63,860 nt of DNA from assembly GCA_964545335.1 (NCBI GenBank), contig CAZJFQ010000005.1:1-63860 (forward strand). The letters run 5' to 3'. The position numbers were made by a program, and so were the translations under genes. Positions 54,794-63,860 of this stretch are shown here, in pieces (positions within the stretch are counted from its first letter, which is position 1; the number at the start of each line of letters is the position of its first letter). This DNA is from an uncultured Gammaproteobacteria bacterium (GTDB lineage: Bacteria > Pseudomonadota > Gammaproteobacteria > Steroidobacterales > CAZJFQ01). The notes below the pieces were generated by a model. It saw only the letters and a list, made by a program, of their open reading frames with translations. It was not told the DNA's origin and did not search any database.

Positions 54794-56096
54794 CCGAAAA
54801 ATCCGGATCGGCGACCGGGTACACGGGTGGCGGGTCGGCCAGTAGCGGGCCCAATAGCGCCATTAACCGGTCCAGGGTTCCCCGGTTGTCCTTGACGGCC
54901 TTGAGACCCGATTCGCCATCGTGCCGACGCCGGTCCGGATCCCCGAAATACATCTCGAGCTCAGCGGCAAGTTCACCAGCATTGTGTACCATGCGGCAAG
55001 CTCCAACCGCGATCAGCAACTCGCAAATATCTTCCGCGTTGAAATTATAAGTACCAGTCAGACTGGGCAGACCGAGAGCAGCAGGTTCCAGCAAATTATG
55101 CCCACCGATGGGAACCAGGCTGCCACCGACGAAAGCGACGTCGGATGCCGCATAAAAAACCGGCAGTTCGCCCAACGTGTCGACGAGAAAAACCTGGGTC
55201 TTCGCTGCAGGCGCGCCGCTACCGCTACGGGTTTCGAAATCGTAGCCGCGACGCGTGAGCAACTGCGCTACCTGCGTGAAGCGCTCCGGGTGTCGCGGTA
55301 CCAGGCACAGCAAAATACCCGGCAGTCGCTTATCCAACTGATCGAATGCGTCCAGTACCTGCTCCTCTTCACCTTCATGCGTGCTCGCGGCAACCCAGAC
55401 CAGACGGTCGGGAGCATAATCCGCGCGAAATTTCTCACCGGCCTCTTTGACCGATGCCGGCAGTTCAAAGTCGAACTTGATGTTGCCGGTGACGTGCGTT
55501 CGCTCCGGGCGCGCACCAATCGATTTGAACCGCTCGGCGTCCCGGTCGCTCTGAGCTGCAATCACGATGCCGTGCGTTAGCGCTTCACGAAACAGGCTCA
55601 CAAACCAACGGTATCGGGCTACTGTCTTGGGTGAGATCCGGGCACTGGCCAGTACCAGCGGAATCCGGCGGCGGCCGCATTCGTGGAATAGGTTGGGCCA
55701 GAGTTCAGTTTCGATCACGATGGCAAGTTTCGGCCGAATGCGATCATAAAAGCGCCGCACGGCACCAGGGAAGTCATAGGGGAGATAAATGTGCAACACG
55801 GTCTCGCCGAAAAGATCTTGCACCAGCCGCGCCGCAGTTGGCGTCACCGTGGTAACGACCAGCGGCACACCCGGATACCGGCGCATGAGGCTCCGCACCA
55901 GTGTGGACGCCGCCTGGACCTCCCCAACCGAGACCGCATGTATCCAGATGCTGTCTGCCGAGAGTCGCGGGCCACCGAAACCGTAGCGTTCCCCGAAGCG
56001 CTCCCAATAGCCGCTATTAGCAAGCGCGCGCCAGATCAGCGATCCCAGCGCGTAGGGCGCCATCAGATAACAGACGATAAGATAAATCACGCGCAC
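54774..56096 (-). CDS. waaA: 3-deoxy-D-manno-octulosonic acid transferase
   Basis: IWIHAVSVGEV, ETELWPN, TGNIKFD, ASTHEGEE, PRHPERF, GGHNLLEP. Confidence 0.96.
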   Translation of the reverse strand: MRVIYLIVCYLMAPYALGSLIWRALANSGYWERFGERYGFGGPRLSADSIWIHAVSVGEVQAASTLVRSLMRRYPGVPLVVTTVTPTAARLVQDLFGETVLHIYLPYDFPGAVRRFYDRIRPKLAIVIETELWPNLFHECGRRRIPLVLASARISPKTVARYRWFVSLFREALTHGIVIAAQSDRDAERFKSIGARPERTHVTGNIKFDFELPASVKEAGEKFRADYAPDRLVWVAASTHEGEEEQVLDAFDQLDKRLPGILLCLVPRHPERFTQVAQLLTRRGYDFETRSGSGAPAAKTQVFLVDTLGELPVFYAASDVAFVGGSLVPIGGHNLLEPAALGLPSLTGTYNFNAEDICELLIAVGACRMVHNAGELAAELEMYFGDPDRRRHDGESGLKAVKDNRGTLDRLMALLGPLLADPPPVYPVADPDFSVTEASD

Positions 56097-56172
56097 CTTT
56101 TCGAACTCCAGCGACGACTCTGTCTATAGCGATGTTGATACCGGCTTTTGTCCAAATCGGTAGACGTATCGA

Positions 56173-56385
56173 TCACCGCCTGTCTAGTAGGGTGTACTCC
56201 GCACCGCAATAAGGACACTTCGCGAAACCGCTTTCTTCCACAGGCAGATAGACGCGTGGATGTGAATTCCACAAGCTCATGTCCGGCATCGGGCAATGCA
56301 GCGGAAGGTCGCCCGGCAGGACAGTGTACTTGAGCTCGGCGTTTGGCGTAGCCGTACCTTTTACTCCTGCCGTTCTTCTTTTCAA
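56173..56385 (-). CDS. Small zinc-finger (zf-CHCC-type) protein; TTG start inferred, track ORF starts at 56409
   Basis: HCP...WNSHPRVYLP...CPYCG pattern. Confidence 0.85.
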   Translation of the reverse strand: MKRRTAGVKGTATPNAELKYTVLPGDLPLHCPMPDMSLWNSHPRVYLPVEESGFAKCPYCGAEYTLLDRR

Positions 56386-56450
56386 GACAACTCCCTCGTT
56401 ACGTCCCACATAGTTTATAGGTTGCAGACTTTGTGCAACAGCCGGCCCCG

Positions 56451-59306
56451 TTACTTCTCCATCACCCGTTGCCAGATTGCCTGAACCGCCTCGCGCTCCG
56501 CAGTCAGCTGGCCTTTATCGATCCGCGGTTCTGTACCGCTCAACGATAATCGATGCAACCGCTCCCGGTAGACCAGATAGATATCGCGCAGTTGTTGCGC
56601 AACGTCTTTGGCAACCTCTCCGGTATCGCTCAATCCCTCCAGTTGTCGCACATTGTCACTGTAGCGCAACAGGTCCGGGTAACGTTTTGCCAACAGCAGG
56701 ACACAGTACTGCACAAGAAACTCGATGTCCTGCAAGCCACCGGAATCTTGTTTGATGTCAAACAGCTCAGGGATTCCGCGACCAAGTTCCTGCCGCATGC
56801 GCTCGCGCATCTTCAGTACGTCGGCTTTCAGGTCTGATCGGTTTACATCACGGCAAAGAACCTGCTTCCGGACTGCTTCAAATCGCTGACACAGCCACTC
56901 GCTGCCGGCAACGGTGCGCGCGCGCAACAGGGCCTGATGCTCCCACGTCCATGCTTTTTCCTGCTGATAACTTGCAAACGCCTCCAGGCTCGAGACCAGG
57001 AGCCCCGAATGTCCGCTTGGTCGCAACCGCATATCGACCTTGTAAAGTGACCCTGATGTGGTCTGAGTCATAAGCAACGTCACCACCCGCCGCGCCAGGC
57101 GGGCAAAAAAGACCGAGTTGTCGAGGACAGCAGGACCCGTGGTTTGCTGCTGTTGGCCACCGGCATCGTGCACAAACACGAGGTCGAGATCGGAGCCATA
57201 GCCGAGTTCGATCCCGCCCAGCTTGCCGTATGCGATGATGGCAAAGCCGGCAGGCCGCTGATCTTGCTGCAGTCCGGCCATCGGTTCGCCGTGTTTGCGT
57301 GACAGATGCTGCCGGGCAATCGCGAGAGCAGCCTCAAGGACAAGCTCGGCGATATCCGTCAGCCGGTCGCTGACCTTCATTACCGGTAACTTTCCGGACA
57401 GATCGGCCAGCGCCGTTCTGAATACGGCAGCCTGCTGAAAGTGACGCAACGCGTCCATCGAACGCTCCGCGTCATCTGAACCGCCAGCGGCCAGTCGTTC
57501 GCCGAGTTCCGTTTCGAACTGGTCACGGTCGGGCAGAATGTCGGCTTCACGAGGATCGATCAATTCATCGAGCAGCAGTGGATGGGTGGAGATCTGATCC
57601 GCGAGAAACCTGCTCAGCCCGCAAAGTTCTGTAAGACGTCGCAATACAATCGGGTTTTCCAGCAACAACGCAAGGTACGCTGTACGTGTCCCGATGGCCT
57701 CGATGATGTCAAGCAGTCGCCTCAGCGCGACTTCCTGGTCCGGAACCGTGGCGACTGCCTTCAGTATGTGAGGTAAGAGGTGCTTCAACCGCCGCCAGCC
57801 GGTTTCATTCAGCCGCCGCATCCCTGGGGAGCTCCTGAACACATCGAGTAGTTTCAGGAGGGCCGGAGGATCTGCAATCCCCGTGTCCGCAAGCATCGCC
57901 AGGGCATAATCGGAGCTGTCGGACTGAGATTCCATAAACGCCGCCCAGCCATCGTTTTCCCGGTCGCCCGTGCCTGGCGGACCGAATACGATTTGATCAA
58001 AAATATCCGATACCCGGTCACGATGTTTGTTCAGTTGTATTAAGGTGCCGGCCCAGTCGGGTTCTCCCATTGCAAACGCGAGCCGTTGACATTCGATGAC
58101 ATCGACCGGCAGCTCGTGTGTTTGGCGATCGTGCATAGCCTGGAGCCGGTTCTCGAACTGTCGGAGAAAGCGATAGGCTGCCGACAGTTCTGCAGACTGG
58201 TCTGCCGGTAGCAGCCCCTGCCCGGTCAGTGTGGTCAGACTGCTAAGTAGTCCCCGATCCTGCAAGGCCGGATCGCAACCGCCACGAATCAGCTGCAATG
58301 ACTGCACCGTAAATTCGATCTCGCGGATGCCACCGGGGCCCAGCTTGATGTTGTCTTTCAGGTCGCGTCGCGATACTTCCCTGGCAATCAGTTTTTTCAT
58401 ATCGCGCAATGATTCAAAGACGCCATAGTCAAGATATTTCCTGTATACAAACGGTCGGAGCACGTTTTTGAACAAGCCAGCGTCGTTTTCCGGTGCCACA
58501 ACGTGACGAGCCTTGATGTAGGCATAGCGCTCCCATTCGCGCCCGTGTTCCTGCAGATAAGCCTCCAGCGCCGGCACACTCATCGTCAGCGGACCGCTGT
58601 CTCCGAAAGGCCGCAGGCGCATGTCGACGCGAAATACGAAACCGTCTTCGGTTACGGTATCCAGCGAACGTATCAACCGCTGTCCCAGTTTTCGAAACCA
58701 GGATTCACCGTCAAGCCCTTTCCGCCCGTCTGATCCTCCAAGTTCCGGATAGAGAAATATGAGGTCGATATCCGATGAAAAATTCAGCTCGCGGCCACCC
58801 AGCTTGCCCATTGCCAGTACGATCAGAGAGGTGCCGCGCCCATCGGTCCCCGCCGGTTCTCCGTGCCGAAGCGTCATCTGCTGCTGCTGATATTCGAGCG
58901 CCGCCCGGATCGCGGTGTCCGCAAGTTCTGAGAGATCCCCGAGGGTTTCATCGAGGTCAGCCCAGCCGGCGATATCCCGCCAGGCAATCCGGATCGCCTC
59001 TCGACGCCGCCAGCGTCGGATCATTTTCAGGAAATGAGGTTCGGGGGCGTCCGGATCAACAACAAAAGGTTTTGCACAGGTTTCGGCCAGTGCACCGGTT
59101 GCAACCAGCGATTGCAATAGTGCCGGATCGCGTATACAACTTGTGGCGACAAAATCGCTGACTGCCCAGACTGACCCGAGCGAAGCAGCTACTCTTTTGT
59201 CCTCGAGCACTGTCATCAGGCCACCGGCAATCCGATACTGATCGAGATAGTCGCCAACTATTGATTTGAGCGCGTCGGGCAGGCGGGCTGTCAGGGCTGA
59301 TTTCAC
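56451..59306 (-). CDS. glnE: Bifunctional glutamine synthetase adenylyltransferase/adenylyl-removing enzyme
   Basis: Two nucleotidyltransferase domains: MGKLGGRELNFSSDIDL and YGKLGGIELGYGSDLDL; VDMRLRP twice. Confidence 0.96.
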   Translation of the reverse strand: MKSALTARLPDALKSIVGDYLDQYRIAGGLMTVLEDKRVAASLGSVWAVSDFVATSCIRDPALLQSLVATGALAETCAKPFVVDPDAPEPHFLKMIRRWRRREAIRIAWRDIAGWADLDETLGDLSELADTAIRAALEYQQQQMTLRHGEPAGTDGRGTSLIVLAMGKLGGRELNFSSDIDLIFLYPELGGSDGRKGLDGESWFRKLGQRLIRSLDTVTEDGFVFRVDMRLRPFGDSGPLTMSVPALEAYLQEHGREWERYAYIKARHVVAPENDAGLFKNVLRPFVYRKYLDYGVFESLRDMKKLIAREVSRRDLKDNIKLGPGGIREIEFTVQSLQLIRGGCDPALQDRGLLSSLTTLTGQGLLPADQSAELSAAYRFLRQFENRLQAMHDRQTHELPVDVIECQRLAFAMGEPDWAGTLIQLNKHRDRVSDIFDQIVFGPPGTGDRENDGWAAFMESQSDSSDYALAMLADTGIADPPALLKLLDVFRSSPGMRRLNETGWRRLKHLLPHILKAVATVPDQEVALRRLLDIIEAIGTRTAYLALLLENPIVLRRLTELCGLSRFLADQISTHPLLLDELIDPREADILPDRDQFETELGERLAAGGSDDAERSMDALRHFQQAAVFRTALADLSGKLPVMKVSDRLTDIAELVLEAALAIARQHLSRKHGEPMAGLQQDQRPAGFAIIAYGKLGGIELGYGSDLDLVFVHDAGGQQQQTTGPAVLDNSVFFARLARRVVTLLMTQTTSGSLYKVDMRLRPSGHSGLLVSSLEAFASYQQEKAWTWEHQALLRARTVAGSEWLCQRFEAVRKQVLCRDVNRSDLKADVLKMRERMRQELGRGIPELFDIKQDSGGLQDIEFLVQYCVLLLAKRYPDLLRYSDNVRQLEGLSDTGEVAKDVAQQLRDIYLVYRERLHRLSLSGTEPRIDKGQLTAEREAVQAIWQRVMEK

Positions 59307-59383
59307 TACCCGGTTCCGTGGTCCGGTTGGATGGTGGCAAGATTAATCGTTTTGATGCCCTGCAGGCCAGGCATGCCGCGGAC

Positions 59384-59418
59384 AAAAAAGGCCCTGTCGG
59401 GGAATCCGGACAGGGCCT
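59384..59418 (-). terminator. Rho-independent terminator of groEL
   Basis: Minus strand AGGCCCTGTC-10 nt-GACAGGGCC followed by TTTTTT. Confidence 0.88.
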
Positions 59419-59445
59419 CGTGGCTCTGAGAGCGCCGGGTCGACG

Positions 59446-61107
<1,662 letters not shown>

Positions 61108-61148
61108 TCAAAATTAATAAAACAGGTTTGACACAGAAGCCTTGTCGA

Positions 61149-61439
61149 TCAGCCCTCGAATACGGCCATCACGTCTTCCTCGCGCATGACCAGATAGTCC
61201 TCGCCGTCGATTTTCACCTCGGTGCCACTGTACTTGCCGAATAGGATCTGGTCGCCGACTTTGAGGTCCAGCGGCCTGATTTCACCGTTCTCAAGGATCT
61301 TACCCTTGCCGACGGCGATGACTTCGCCCTTGATGGGTTTTTCAGCGGCGGTGTCGGGAATGACAATCCCGCCGGGGGAAGTCTTTTCCTCTTCTGTGCG
61401 CCGGATAATGACGCGGTCGTGAAGCGGACGTATTTTCAT
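61149..61439 (-). CDS. groS: Co-chaperonin GroES
   Basis: [10 protein letters not shown]...GGIVIPD...KYSGTEVK; start at Met13 of the track ORF. Confidence 0.98.
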   Translation of the reverse strand: MKIRPLHDRVIIRRTEEEKTSPGGIVIPDTAAEKPIKGEVIAVGKGKILENGEIRPLDLKVGDQILFGKYSGTEVKIDGEDYLVMREEDVMAVFEG

Positions 61440-61506
61440 GGGTAGACTCTCCTTCCTGAGTAGTTTGAGAAACACCCGGATCTCTTTAACATAATGAGGC
61501 CGATTA

Positions 61507-61533
61507 TTAGCACTCGCCCTCGAGGAGTGCTAA
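61507..61533. promoter_or_regulatory. CIRCE operator (HrcA binding site) upstream of groES
   Basis: Exact TTAGCACTC-N9-GAGTGCTAA; the perfect inverted repeat extends to 13 bp (61503-61537). Confidence 0.96.
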
Positions 61534-61561
61534 TAATAGTGGCTAATCCTGAGAATTCAAG
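61533..61561 (-). promoter_or_regulatory. Putative groESL promoter abutting CIRCE
   Basis: Minus strand CTTGAA(T)-16 nt-TATTAT. The -35 fits both sigma70 (TTGAAT) and sigma32 (CTTGAA); the -10 overlaps the CIRCE edge. Confidence 0.55.
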
Positions 61562-61641
61562 GCGTCAGGGTGTGTTCTACGTCAATGACAAAGTCCGGCG
61601 CCGAGGCTATGCTCTGCCGCCGGTCTGACTGGGAGAGCGTC

Positions 61642-61974
61642 TTGAACCGTGCCGCTGCTGTCGTCTTTTGTACCTGTCCCGACCCCGATACTGCCGCCAC
61701 CATTGCCCGCCAGCTCGTAAGCGAACGCCTCGCCGCCTGTGTCAACCGGATCGACGGCATAGCGTCAACCTTTCGCTGGGAGGGCAAGATCAGCGAAGAG
61801 ACCGAGAGCCTGCTCGTAATAAAGACCATGAGCGCAGCCGTCTCAGCAGTCGGCCAAAGGATCGGTGAGCTGCACCCATATGAACTTCCCGAAGTGATCG
61901 CAGTCCCTATTGACGCTGGTTCGACAGCCTACATCGAGTGGATAGCTGCGAATACGGACGTTGCGACGACCTGA
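61642..61974 (+). CDS. cutA: Divalent-cation tolerance protein CutA; TTG start inferred, track ORF starts at 61570
   Basis: FCTCPD...LVSERLAACVN...FRWEG...HPYELPEVIA; upstream of dsbD. Confidence 0.93.
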   Translation: MNRAAAVVFCTCPDPDTAATIARQLVSERLAACVNRIDGIASTFRWEGKISEETESLLVIKTMSAAVSAVGQRIGELHPYELPEVIAVPIDAGSTAYIEWIAANTDVATT

Positions 61975-61996
61975 CCCGACATACAGTGATGAACCG

Positions 61997-63860
61997 ATGC
62001 AGACGCTGCTAAACCGATTGACGCTGATCGCGCTGATGGTCGCTCCGGCGGCCTGGGCCGTGGCTCCGGAAGACGTATTGGCACCGGAAATCGCTTTCAG
62101 GTACCAGGCGCGCGTCATCAACAGCACGCTCGAAATCGAGTGGATAATCGAGCCGGAACATTACCTCTACAAAAAGCAGTTTGGCTTCAAGAGCCTGAGC
62201 GACGGCGTTTCGCTCGGGATCCCGGTTTTCCCCGAGGGTACGGTTTACACCGACGAGTTCTTTGGTGAAAGCGTCATTTACCGGGGTCAAACGCTCATCA
62301 GCATGCCTTTGATCGGCGACCTCAGCGAACATGCATCACTCGATATTGAGCTCAAGCTGCAAGGCTGCGCCGATATCGGCCTGTGTTATCCGCCCCAGAC
62401 GTGGAACACAACGGTTCCGGTAGCGGCCACCGCCAGCGGCAGCGAGAGGGCACGAAACCTGCTCGACCTGCTCGGCAGCTCATCGCCGGGGCCTGGTGGC
62501 GAGGATTTTCTGCCGCCGGAGGAGGCTTTCCGGCTTACCGTCACGACAACCGACCCGTATTCGCTAAGCGCCTACTGGCAAATCGAGGACGGATACTACC
62601 TGTACAAAGAGAAACTGAGTTTCCGTACGGAATCCGATGTCGTCCAACTCGGATCGCCGCGACTGCCGGAAGCAATCCGCAATTACGACGAGTATTTCGG
62701 CGATTCAGAAGTTTATTACACCGAACTCGAAGTGATGCTGCCCTTGTCGCGGGTCGGACCCGAAGCAGCCACTTTTGATCTGGTAGTCGGCTACCAGGGG
62801 TGCGCAGTAGATGGCATTTGTTATCCACCGATAGAGAGAATCCTTACCGTCCCCCTCCCCGCCGCGTCGAGTTACGACCAACCGCGCGAAATCGGCGCCG
62901 GTTCGGGCGGCAAGATTTCGGAGCAGGACCGGCTGGCCAGGATTATCCGTGACGGCAATCTCTTGCTGGTTCTAGCAACTTTCTACCTCGGCGGTCTGTT
63001 ACTGTCGTTCACACCCTGCGTGCTGCCGATGATCCCGATACTGTCCGGCATCATTGCCGGGCAGGGCCCGGAACTATCGACCCGCCGGGCCTTCCTGCTG
63101 TCGCTCACCTATGTCCTCGGCATGGCCGTCACCTATACGGTGGCCGGCGCCGCATTTGCGGCCGCCGGTCAGCAGGCTCAGGCCGTATTTCAAAAACCCT
63201 GGCTGATCGTTTTGTTTGCCGCATTATTCGTTGCTCTGGCCCTGTCGATGTTCGGCTTGTATGCACTGCAGCTACCGGCCTCGATGCAAACCCGCCTGAC
63301 CAATCTCAGCAATCGTCAGAGTGCCGGAACCTATACGGGTACCGCGGTCATGGGTGTGCTTTCGGCGCTGGTCGTAACGGCCTGCGTTGCCCCGCCGCTG
63401 GTAGCGGCACTTACCGTGATCGGTCAGGCAGGCGACGTCGCGCGCGGGGGCAGTGCGCTGTTTGCGATGAGCATGGGTATGGGAACACCATTGCTGATTA
63501 TCGGTACTTCAGCCGGTACTCTTATTCCAAAGGCCGGCCCCTGGATGGACGGCATCAAGGCGGCATTCGGCGTGATGCTGCTGGGTGTAGCGATCTGGAT
63601 GCTGGACAGGATTCTGCCCGGGGCGGTCATACTGACCTTGTGGGCCGTGCTGGTTTTTCTGTCCGGCGTGTTCCTCGGGGCGCTGGATCCTCTAACGCAA
63701 TCGTCTGGTGGCTGGCGCAGATTGGGCAAGGGTCTGGGACTCCTCTTTATGGCCTATGCAGTGATGATGCTGGTTGGTGCAGCCAGCGGGAGTCACGATC
63801 CATTGCAGCCATTGAAGGGCGCCATTGGCCAGCAGACTACAATGGCCTATGCCGTTGTCG
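61997..63860 (+). CDS. dsbD: Thiol:disulfide interchange protein DsbD, 3'-truncated by the window edge; absent from the ORF track
   Basis: Hand translation from ATG 61997: signal peptide, QGCADIGLCYPP, QGCAVDGICYPP, TM domain with FTPCVLPMIPILS and ACVAPPL; no stop before the window end. Confidence 0.93.
   Translation, partial: MQTLLNRLTLIALMVAPAAWAVAPEDVLAPEIAFRYQARVINSTLEIEWIIEPEHYLYKKQFGFKSLSDGVSLGIPVFPEGTVYTDEFFGESVIYRGQTLISMPLIGDLSEHASLDIELKLQGCADIGLCYPPQTWNTTVPVAATASGSERARNLLDLLGSSSPGPGGEDFLPPEEAFRLTVTTTDPYSLSAYWQIEDGYYLYKEKLSFRTESDVVQLGSPRLPEAIRNYDEYFGDSEVYYTELEVMLPLSRVGPEAATFDLVVGYQGCAVDGICYPPIERILTVPLPAASSYDQPREIGAGSGGKISEQDRLARIIRDGNLLLVLATFYLGGLLLSFTPCVLPMIPILSGIIAGQGPELSTRRAFLLSLTYVLGMAVTYTVAGAAFAAAGQQAQAVFQKPWLIVLFAALFVALALSMFGLYALQLPASMQTRLTNLSNRQSAGTYTGTAVMGVLSALVVTACVAPPLVAALTVIGQAGDVARGGSALFAMSMGMGTPLLIIGTSAGTLIPKAGPWMDGIKAAFGVMLLGVAIWMLDRILPGAVILTLWAVLVFLSGVFLGALDPLTQSSGGWRRLGKGLGLLFMAYAVMMLVGAASGSHDPLQPLKGAIGQQTTMAYAVV

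Overview
A gene-dense, GC-rich stretch of core chromosome from a Gammaproteobacterium (inferred from protein sequences and gene order). It holds about 60 mostly housekeeping genes: the 5' part of rnpB; rsmI-lpoA-yraN; petABC-sspAB; degS; ibaG-murA; yrbG-kdsD-kdsC-lptCAB-rpoN-hpf-ptsN-rapZ-mgtE; a patatin; bcp; a penicillin-acylase-family gene; tkt-gap-pgk-pyk; metK-ahcY; an O-methyltransferase; cpdA; TraB/GumN; rubredoxin; thiD-thiE-hemL; mpl; rnd; adk; PPi-dependent pfk; hppA; thiC with a PAS-GGDEF-EAL gene; pcm-rhodanese-tolC; waaA; glnE; groES-groEL with a perfect CIRCE; cutA; and a truncated dsbD. I found no rRNA, tRNA, CRISPR array, transposase, integrase or phage gene, so there is no obvious accessory island. 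The ORF track missed RNase P RNA, a 54-aa rubredoxin and dsbD. The strongest lead for something undescribed is the thiC 5' leader. It has no canonical TPP aptamer but can fold into a strand-specific RNA with alternative pairings and an anti-SD, upstream of thiC and a closely following c-di-GMP enzyme. Other leads are degenerate 7-nt tandem arrays at two convergent gene ends, a palindrome-like extension of RNase P helix P3, a DsbD with two N-terminal redox domains, a pyrophosphate-energy cluster, and several genes missing from otherwise conserved operons. All folds, counts and assignments were made by eye; no database search was run.
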